Below are positions 53,420-64,000 of a DNA stretch of 64,000 nucleotides, one piece after another (the stretch's first letter is position 1; each line of letters starts with the position of its first letter). Below the pieces are notes generated by a model. That model searched no databases. It saw only the letters and a list, made by a program, of their open reading frames with translations, and had not been told where the DNA came from. The DNA is taken from positions 22,072,001 through 22,136,000 of the forward strand of contig OZ024746.1 in NCBI GenBank assembly GCA_964016885.1. Reading direction: 5' to 3'. The translations under genes and the position numbers were made by a program. This DNA is from Eledone cirrhosa. Taxonomy: Eukaryota.

Positions 53420-54702
53420 ATTTTCTACATAAAATAAAGATGCCTAAAAACCTGAGTACCCTTTTTTAACTGTAGTCACCTCCCGATACCCATCGGGAAT
53501 CCACCCTTTATATATATATGAGTATATATATATATATGAGTATATATATATATATATATATATATATGAGTATACATAGATTAAGTGTTGTTTTTGTTTC
53601 ATTCAAAACTGATGATACACTCGCCCCAGCTACTCCGAGTTACTCGATTTTATTTATTTATTTTACTTTCGCCCAGACAAGTTGTTTGCTGTTGTTACTT
53701 CACACCTGCACATGTTTCACTGTTGCATATTATATGAGGTTCTTAGGGAGTTTTAAAGACGGGCCCCCTAGTCCTTTTATTTATTTTTTTTATTAAAAAA
53801 GATACACAAAAGCATACATGTGTATATGTGCATGCATGTTTATATAAAAATGTGTATGCATATTTTAAGGGCCACACACCCTTGGGGGTCTCATTTAAAA
53901 ATAAATATTTTTATTTTATTAGTTTTTAGTTTTTAAACACTAAATCATCCAAAATTATATAAATAATTTAACATTTTCCCCCAAATCTTTTAGAGAAGGC
54001 CTCAAATTTCATATAGATTAAAGTCTCAGCAGGTGAAAGTCTGACCCTGGGGAGAGGAAGGGTGGGAGAAGATTGTGATGAAAGGTGTTGAAAAAGGATG
54101 TAGTCTGCTGGCGTTTTGATTTCGATTCCTTGGCTATAATTGTTTTATTTTGTTTATTTGTTAACCCTTTTAATACTAACCTACCCTAAACTAGCTCTCG
54201 TTCTATGATACACATTAACCCATTTTAGAGCGTTTCTATTCAAATTTAAATCTTCCGATATAAATTTCATAAAAGAACCTTTTTTTACAAAACCAATTAA
54301 TAATGAAATAATTCATAATTTTAGTAAATCCAACAAAATTCTTAATTATTGATCCTAATCAACAAGATCTCGCACCTCTTTTGCTTACCAAGTGGGGTGG
54401 AACTTGTCAGATCAGTCTAAGGAAACAATGTTTCTATAGGAGTTTCCGTTTCTAATACTATCTACCTGTCACAATTCCTGGCAGAAGGAGCAACATGAAA
54501 TAAAGTGTCTTGTTCAAGGACATAACACATCGCCCGGTCTAGGAATCAACCTCACAATTGTGAATCCAGCTCTCTAACCACTAAGCCATATGTTTTCACA
54601 AAAAAATTCTTTATTAATTAACTGAAATATAGTGAAGCTCATTAGAAATATGCTCACACTTGGTTTAATGTTACTGGGAAGGGGAGGCAAGAGCATCATA
54701 AT

Positions 54703-54775
54703 TGTTTCTATTTTAGGCACAAGGCCAGGAATTACACAGTACATTACTGGTACTTTATTTTATCGACCCCCGTAA
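54703..54775 (-). mobile_element. 5'-truncated SINE A
   Basis: 19-bp TSD GAGGCAAGAGCATCATAAT at 54684-54702 and 54776-54794. Confidence 0.9.
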
Positions 54776-55344
54776 GAGGCAAGAGCATCATAATGTTTGA
54801 TTTGCACAAAAATAATAATTGGGTGTAGCTATGGAGAGAATCATCTGCTTTGAATGAAGAATATAATAAACTTTACATGTATTGAGTACTTCTCGTATTT
54901 TTTCAATTGGCAGAATTGTTAGAGCGTCTGCTGGCCTTAATACTTGCAGTTTTTAGTTACCGGCTTTATCATTTTGAGTTCAAATCCCACTGTTATAACG
55001 TGGGGTTTGTGAACATCAAGTACCAGTTAAATACTAGGATGATTTCATGCTCCTATGGTGTACCCAAGATAAGAATGGAGTTATATGACCCCCCCCCCCT
55101 TACACATACAGTCATACACACACACACACAACACACACACACACTCTCTCACTCTCTCTCTTCATGTTTATGACAGTAGAAATGTGAGGTTGTCAATGTT
55201 GTGTAGTATTAACCAACGATGTGAAGTTATTTCAGACGACAGTGGAATGTATTTTACAAACAGCTAGCATCGATTAAGTTTTATTTTTATTGACAAACTT
55301 CATATATTTATTTACATATTGCAGTGAGACAGACATGAGCATAT

Positions 55345-56385
55345 CTCACACACTCACCTCACACACCATATACACACACCACACACACACACCACACACA
55401 CACACCACACACACACACCACACACACACACCACACACACACACACCACACACACCACACACACACACCACACACACCACACACACACACACCACACACA
55501 CACATCACACACACCAGACCACATCACACACACACACACACACACACCACACACCACACACACACACCACACACACACACACCACACACACACACACCAC
55601 ACACACCACACACACACACCACACACACCACACACACACACACCAGACCACATCACATCATACACACACACACACACACACCAGACCACATCACACCATA
55701 CATACACACACACAACACTCACATACCACACTTCCACGCACGCACACACCATGCACGCACACACCATGCACGCACGCACCATGCACGCACGCACCATGCA
55801 CGCACGCACCATGCACGCACGCACCATGCACGCACGCACCATGCACGCACGCACCATGCACGCACGCACCACACATACACCACGCACACCCACACTACAC
55901 CACCCACACTACACCACCCACACTACACCACCCACACTACACCACCCACACTACACCACCCACACTACACCACACCACACACACCATACACACACACCAT
56001 ACACACGCCACACACACCACACGCCACACACACCACACGCCACACACACCACACGCCACACACACTCACACACCACACACACTCACACACCACACACACT
56101 CACACACCACACACACTCACACACCACACACACTCACACACTCACACACCACACACACTACATACACCTCACACACTACACACACCTCACACACTACACA
56201 CACCTCACACACTACACACACCTCACACACCACACACTCACACACCACACACTCACACACCACACACTCACACACCACACACTCACACACCACACACTCA
56301 CACACCACACACTCACACACCACACACTCACACACCACACACACACCACACACACACACACACACCACACAGATACTCAGACACA
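55345..56385. repeat. Compound (CA)n-derived satellite, including a 15-bp CACCATGCACGCACG array
   Basis: Direct inspection; the H/T-rich ORFs are artefacts. Confidence 0.95.
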
Positions 56386-56957
56386 AACCAAGTCATCCAT
56401 AAGTAAGGAGACATTTAATGTTGTATTAATGCATATGTATTATTTTACTAATCACCAAGAGACTATGGAAAAATATTTCCACAACAAATAATATTTACTT
56501 AAGAAAAAATAGAATTACTGGAGCATTAAGTATTTTATTTCAATGTTATATGGTACTATGGAGTATATTTTTAGACTCTATGTAACACCTAGTTCACCCT
56601 GTAAGGTGGTTATGTTGGTGACATGACAAAATGTAAGCGGGTCGTGCTGGTGACACGAGAAAAGCACCTAGGCGCCACAACAAAAAGTGCCCAATCCACC
56701 CTGTAAGGTGTTGGTGACATGACAAATGCCCAATCCACCCTGTAAAGTGGTCATGTTGGTGACATGACAAAAGGCACCCAGTCACCGAAAGGTGGTCGTA
56801 CTTTTTTTTTAGAGTTGACTGTTTGCATATTATTGTCGCACCAGCACTAAGGAGGCTATTGTATCTTTGATAGTGTTGGACTTACGTATAAGCTATAGCT
56901 TAGGGCCACACACTTTTGGGAGCCTCATTTAAAACAATATATATACATATATATATA

Positions 56958-57270
56958 TCATCATCATCATTTCATTTTACGTCCGCTTTTCCCTGCTTGC
57001 AAGGGTGGGACGGGAACTGATTCTGGCTTGATTTCTACAGCTGGATGCCCTTCCTAACACCAACCACATTTCCAGTGAGGGCTGGGTGCTTTTTTTGAAG
57101 TGGAATGATAGGGACCCCAATCCCTATCATCTCATTTCTACAGCTGAGTAAACTGGAGCAATGTAAAATAAAGTGTCTTGCTCAAGGAAACAACACATCA
57201 CCCGGTCCGAGAATTGAACGCACAATCTTTCGATTGCAAGGCCAATGCGCTAACCACTAAGCCATGTGCC

Positions 57271-57273
<3 letters not shown>
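56958..57273 (-). mobile_element. CORE-type SINE family B
   Basis: Reverse copy of 23997-24337 with a short internal deletion. Confidence 0.9.
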
Positions 57274-57325
<52 letters not shown>

Positions 57326-57464
57326 CACACACACACCATACGCACTCACATACCACATGCACACACCACACACATCATACACCACACACCACACACCACA
57401 CACATCATACACCACACACCACACACCACACCATACACCATACACCACACACCACACACCACAC

Positions 57465-57496
<32 letters not shown>

Positions 57497-57611
57497 TATA
57501 CACACACATACATATACACACACACACATATACACACACACATATACACATATACACACACACACATACACACACATATACACACACACATATATACACA
57601 CACACACATAT

Positions 57612-57642
<31 letters not shown>

Positions 57643-57645
57643 CAT

Positions 57646-57676
<31 letters not shown>

Positions 57677-57715
57677 CATACCCACACACATACCCCCCCC
57701 CCACACACACATATT

Positions 57716-57930
57716 AACATCCATCTTCCACGGGTTTGGACGGGAATTTTCCCACTTGAGGCAAGATTGGTTGTCTTGCTCGCATAGGACTGCCTTGCGG
57801 GCTTTCTACGGCTGGATGCCCTTCCTAACGCCAACCACGTTTACAGTGTGGACTGGGAGGTTTTTACCATGTTACCTACATGGCCACATTACAGCGTGGA
57901 CTGTGTGTTTGGTTGTGGTACCAACATAAC
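57716..57930 (-). mobile_element. RTE 3' tail fragment
   Basis: Matches ~2515-2700 and ~62975-63250. Confidence 0.85.
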
Positions 57931-57994
57931 TTATATATATATATTTACTTGGGAAAGTAAGAAATCGGAGAATAGACCGTTAAAACATGTTTAT

Positions 57995-58094
<100 letters not shown>

Positions 58095-59186
58095 TAATAA
58101 TAAATTTGAAGACTAAAATCCAAAGAGGGCTCGCTAAGGATAAATATGTATCAAATATATAAGAACCGTAGAGCAAATATTTATTAAAATAACAGATTAA
58201 AGTTTAAGCAAAGAATCGTTGCTTTCACCCTTAACGGGATCTTCTGAAACTGAGTTTCAGAAGATCCCGTTATGATCCAAATTGGATTTTTAAAATCCAA
58301 TACCAATAAATACACCGGGATTTTTTCATTCTGATGATTGAAAGCAAAATTTGTTTGCTTTTAAGAAACCACTGGTAAATGAAATAATTGCCTTATGTTG
58401 TTTATTACATAACTATTAAGCTCTGTTACTTACATAGAGCACTCTTTTTTCCTGGACTTTTCCGACGGAATTACTTAACATATATATATATTTTGAAAGC
58501 CACGATTAATTTATTATTTGTCCAAACCTGCATTGTCATGGCTTTCAAACTTCGAATTCTTTATACCATATGCAATGCTTCAGGTAAACTACAAATTCCT
58601 TCATATGTCTAAAGTCTGTCTTAAGGAGGCTCATTTGGCCGGTGCTTATACCGGTTTCATGGCGTGAAGCGACTGAGAGTACAAGACTCCCCCCTGGACA
58701 GTCCATTGCAGGGTTAAACCTCTAGCTATTGCTGGTACTCATTTCCAGCTGAGTATACTGGAGCAACGTGAAATGAAGTGTTTTGCTGAAGTACACAACA
58801 CGCAACCCAGGACTCGAGCCCACAATATTATGATCGTAAGTCCAGAGGCTCCCATTTAATTTTGTAATAATTATTACAAAATTATTAATTATAATTAATA
58901 AATAATAATGTATAATTATTTTAAAAGATTTTTAGTGAAGAGGCTCAAATTCCAGGCCCCAGCAGGTGAAAATCTGGCCTCAGTCCTTGACAAAACTGAA
59001 AAGTCCTCTGAGATCTATGTTTGACATATTTCTGTGGGGAATGCTCTGCTTAATATCAACCACTTTACAGGGTGTACTGTGAACTTTGTGGCACCATCAC
59101 TAGATTGTCATGTCTGTGATGTGACAGAAGGGTTCTCTCAACTTCTTTGGCATGTTTCTCATGTTTGAATGACCTTCCTATCAAAT

Positions 59187-60090
59187 GCCAACCACTTTGC
59201 AGTGTGTATTGGGTATATTTTACTGTGACACCAGCACTACCACTTTGCAGTGTGTATTGGGTATATTTTACTGTGACACCAGCACTACCACTTTGCAGTG
59301 TGTATTGGGTATATTTTACTGTGACACCAGCACTACCACTTTGCAGTGTGTATTGGGTATATTTTACTGTGACACCAGCACTACCACTTTGCAGTGTGTA
59401 TTGGGTATATTTTACTGTGACACCAGCACTACCACTTTGCAGTGTGTATTGGGTATATTTTACTGTGACACCAGCACTACCACTTTGCAGTGTGTATTGG
59501 GTATATTTTACTGTGACACCAGCACTACCACTTTGCAGTGTGTATTGGGTATATTTTACTGTGACACCAGCACTACCACTTTGCAGTGTGTATTGGGTAT
59601 ATTTTACTGTGACACCAGCACTACCACTTTGCAGTGTGTATTGGGTATATTTTACTGTGACACCAGCACTACCACTTTGCAGTGTGTATTGGGTATATTT
59701 TACTGTGACACCAGCACTACCACTTTGCAGTGTGTATTGGGTATATTTTACTGTGACACCAGCACTACCACTTTGCAGTGTGTATTGGGTATATTTTACT
59801 GTGACACCAGCACTACCACTTTGCAGTGTGTATTGGGTATATTTTACTGTGACACCAGCACTACCACTTTGCAGTGTGTATTGGGTATATTTTACTGTGA
59901 CACCAGCACTACCACTTTGCAGTGTGTATTGGGTATATTTTACTGTGACACCAGCACTACCACTTTGCAGTGTGTATTGGGTATATTTTACTGTGACACC
60001 AGCACTACCACTTTGCAGTGTGTATTGGGTATATTTTACTGTGACACCAGCACTACCACTTTGCAGTGTGTATTGGGTATATTTTATTGT
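59187..60090. repeat. Perfect 48-bp tandem array (~19 units)
   Basis: Unit CCAGCACTACCACTTTGCAGTGTGTATTGGGTATATTTTACTGTGACA with no spacers. Confidence 0.97.
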
Positions 60091-62946
60091 GCACCGACAC
60101 TTGGAATGTTGTCATTAATCGTTTTTGACATGACTGAAGAGCACTCTCTACCTTGTAGGGAAGGGGTTTAAGGGAGGATGCCTTGTCCCAAGGCAGGCAA
60201 GTTTAAGGAGGAGTGGGTGGCAACCAGAGGAGTGACAAGTATGATGTCATGGATGTATGAGAAATGTGGTGGATTTAATAGGGTGATGTTTTACAGAGAG
60301 GATGGGGCAGGATAGAATGGAGGGGGAGTGACAGTGAAAGTAGGTAATAAAGAACAGTGGTGGGGGAATTGGGAACAAACATTGAGGTATGTCCCTTTCC
60401 TGTAGTTGAGGGGATGGAGTGGGAAGGGCTGCACAGAGGATGAGGGGCAGTAGGGTCTTGTTAAAATTGAGGGGTTCGTAGGGGCACTAGTATGTGTGTG
60501 TGTGTGTGTGTGTGTATTCCTGTCAAAACACAGGTAAAATTCATGAGTAATAGGACTCTGTTTTCCTCCATGAAGATTTGTTTTAGGTGCAAAGGAAGTG
60601 ATAGTTATTGTGGTTATAGTTGTTGTTATGGTGGTGGTGGTGATGGTGATGCATTTTTGAGATCTGAATTTTTTGTCCAAGTTAGTTTGAAGAGATCCAA
60701 GAAAACCCAATACATGATATTTTCAACAATGCTCAAATAGAGTTATGTCAATTCTTCTTTACAACTGATATTATACTCTTGTAAACTAATCTATTTTTCA
60801 TTGAATTCTCTTCACTGTTGGCTTAAGACTTATATTTCTAAAGCAATTATGTATTGGTTTAGTATCACTGAAGAAATTCCTTAAATTATTATCATACATA
60901 CCAAACAGTTAAAAACTAACATTCCAATCAAACAATGCTTATGATATCAATTATTGTTCTGCCTTTCTATATTTCTTCATATTCCTTCATTGTAATACAT
61001 TCATCAAAGAACATAACATATGTTTTTGTTCTTAATTATGCAAATAAAACTCTGACAGTAACTTCTCTTTCCACTTGAAGTTGTTCAGGTTAGTATTAAG
61101 TTGGCAACAACTAGTGGCATTTGACACTGTCTGACCCAAAACAATGTCATCAAAGCATAAAGTTAAAGTCCTTTCTGATGATTTGGCTAACCTAGATAGC
61201 TGCATTATATTATATAATAGACATACATGGACAACTAAAAGATTTATATAATAGATCTTTGCTTACTAACCAAGCATCTGCTGTAGGCAGGTGTACTAGA
61301 GAATCATCTCTTTCCCACCACATTATGTATATGTGTGCATGTATGTATGTAATTGTGTATATATAAACAGGGCACAAATTACATACCATATGGAGAAACC
61401 TCCATTAAGTCACACAGTTGAGATCTAATGTATTGTAATGTGCTGAGATCTTATTATTTCAACTATTCTATATAAACAACCCAGATGTTGGTTGGTCTTT
61501 CAGCATGTCGGTTGGTCTGTCGGTCCGTCTGTCGGTCCTGGCCTGTCTATCGGTCTGTCCCCCTCCATCTGTCCACATCTGTCGCCTGACCAATATGGCA
61601 TCTATGTGACTGAATAGCTTGACAAGGTATATAATAACATTATACCAAACATGTCATTGACAAAGAGGAAATATATAGAAACAATGGTGGTATTTGCTTT
61701 CTTTATTCTAAAGAGAGAAATAGTAGTTTGTTATTTATAAGGTCATTTTTTGTCTCCTTAACCCTTTCATTACCATACTTTCTAATGAAAGACACTGCTT
61801 ATAATTTTGAAATAGTTGGATTTGCAATCATGAGTTTGATTCCTGGACCAGGCAAGACACTTTATTTAACACCTTCTGCCAGGAGTTGCAACAAGTAGAT
61901 AGTATGAGCATTGGAAAGGCCAAAGGAAACATATATACATATATATATACATACATACATCTGTCCCTGGGATGTTGGAAATATAAAGGTCATGTAGATA
62001 CAATGCAGTATTCGCCCCATAGGTTGTTATCCAATTGTAGCAGTTAAAGTATGTCCTTAACCCTTTCATTACTATATTTCTATTGAAAGATACTGACAAT
62101 AATTTTTGAATAATTATGAAAATAATCAAGAATTTGGAAGGCCTTGGGCCAATTGATGGAAACTCAACCATCATCATCATCAAGCTAAATGAAACTTGGC
62201 AAGAGCATTCATACTCAGTTTCTAAGTTATACGTCATATTCATGAAGTAAGTGCTACAATCTGCTGCAATCCATACATGTGCAGCCACCAACATGGACCA
62301 ATGAAGAAGCCGCTACGCAATACTAGAAATAGCAACCAAATCTCCAAGTACATGTCCAGCCACAAACTCAGCTCAACAAGGGTGTCACTACAGAATCACT
62401 TGACTTGTTAGAAATAGCAGCCAAATACCCCTCATATTACACTCCATTATGTTAACAAGGGAGGATAATTTGGACATTATAGTACTAAATATTAAATATC
62501 TAATAAAAAAAATAGGGTGTTCATTATTGGAACATCTTTGATCATAAGTCAGCTTAGTCAGTGTTGACCTGGTGCTAAACAACACCAATAACACAGCACC
62601 ATCACCACCTATAACAATATCACTACCAACAATAACAATAATACCACAACTATTACCACCTACAACATCAACACCTCTAACACCATCACCACCATCACCA
62701 CCACCATCACCACCACCATCACCACCACCACCACCATCACCACCACCATCACCACCACCACCACCATCACCAATCTAAACACATCAACACCTTAGAATGC
62801 TGCAACAATATACATGCTTTAAATACACTCTCTCTGTCACATTAACCAAACAAATGCAAAACACACACTCACATACATGTTTAACAAAGATACATAGACA
62901 TGTATTCAACCTACATATATATGCAGCATATACACAGATTGTTCAG

Positions 62947-63537
62947 CATCATCATCATCATCCACATCATCATCATTTAACGTCCATCTTCCACGCTTGC
63001 ATGCGTTTGGACGGCAATTTTCCTACTTGAGGCAAGATTGGTTGTCTTGCTCGTATAGGACTATCTGGCGGGTTTTCTACGGCTGGATGCCCTTCCTAAC
63101 ACCAACCACGTTTACAGTGTGGACTGGGAGTTTTTACTGTGTTACCTACATGGCCACATTACAGCGTGGACTGTGTGTTTTTTTTTTGTCGTGACACCTA
63201 CACGACCTCATTTGTTTCGGACTGGATGTTGTGGTACCAACATAACTTTACATTGAAAGGGGTGGTGTGGATGGGGTGGGGGCAGTGGGACGGGGGTGTA
63301 TTTTTGTTAGAGGTGCCTACTGGCTGTAGGTTTCGCTTTGGACTTAGGCAAGGCGGGTCTTCTGTATTACTGTGTAGCGCCAAAGATCTCGGTCCAGTGA
63401 CATTGTCTTGGAGAGGTGTAAGTGTGTGAGGTCGGAATTTATCAAGTCGTCCCAGGTTTTTCTGGGTCTGCCTACTCCGTGGCTACTGTCTATTTTTATC
63501 GCCCTGCACTGTTTTATACAGCTGTCGTCTTTCATGT
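62947..63537 (-). mobile_element. RTE LINE 3' fragment (RT C-terminus, 3' UTR, (GAT)n)
   Basis: Encodes MKDDSCIKQCRAIKIDSSHGVGRPRKTWDDLINSDL...DRDLWR; homologous to ~2500-3295. Confidence 0.92.
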
Positions 63538-64000
63538 TCAATATGTTAAATATACATACATACATATAGGCACTTCCATACAATGCATACACACTTACAT
63601 ACATACATGTTCAAAATACATTTTAAATATACATACATACACATATATAGACACTTTCATACAATGCATACACACTTACATACATACATGTTCAACATAC
63701 ATGCATATATACTCACTACATACATATATATGCACAGCAAAATAGTTACAATATTGATATAACTAGAGCTTCAAGACATAAGTAAATAGACTGCTTGATA
63801 AAACAGTTACTGCATTTTATATTTGTGACATTGCATTTCACAAGCTGGACAACAGAGTAGTAGTAAGCCTCTTATATAGAGTCCAGGTGGAAGTGTAACT
63901 GTAATATAACCAAGTTTGTTATTCTTTAGCTCCAGGTCAGTAGATGTCGATTATGTGCAGGTCCCCCCCCCCCCCAAAAAAAAATGTTGTGTACACACTT

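Noticed and set aside
55290-57929. His/Thr-rich ORFs
   Set aside because: Translations of (CA)n-type satellites.
59147-60171. CRISPR array or repetitive protein (323- and 328-aa ORFs)
   Set aside because: Identical head-to-tail units with no unique spacers and no cas genes; open frames follow from a stop-free 48-bp unit.

Overview
AT-rich eukaryotic genomic DNA, not prokaryotic: no operons, CRISPR arrays or rRNA. The repeat landscape most resembles an octopod cephalopod genome (inference from memory). It has many tRNA-derived SINEs, RTE-clade LINE fragments with (GAT)n tails, TA/TTAA-type MITEs and very dense micro- and minisatellites. Almost all listed ORFs are translations of simple repeats. 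Only two coding signals hold up. One is a 5'-truncated, frameshifted RTE reverse-transcriptase fragment carrying a PHD finger (2498-3918, minus). The other is a probable first coding exon of an unidentified host gene (52975-53065, plus) in a repeat-poor, CpG-richer promoter-like zone (about 51.1-53.1 kb). A 200-N scaffold gap lies at 42606-42805. The most interesting signals are: (i) several hammerhead-ribozyme-like motifs beside (TA)n tracts, some in long inverted repeats, suggesting Penelope-like or retrozyme remnants; (ii) a LINE and its apparent partner CORE-SINE, whose internal hairpin shows a compensatory base change; (iii) a SINE with a strict ATTAT target preference that reinserted into its own target; (iv) a pre-miRNA-sized intronic hairpin; (v) a perfect 48-bp minisatellite derived from LINE-tail sequence.
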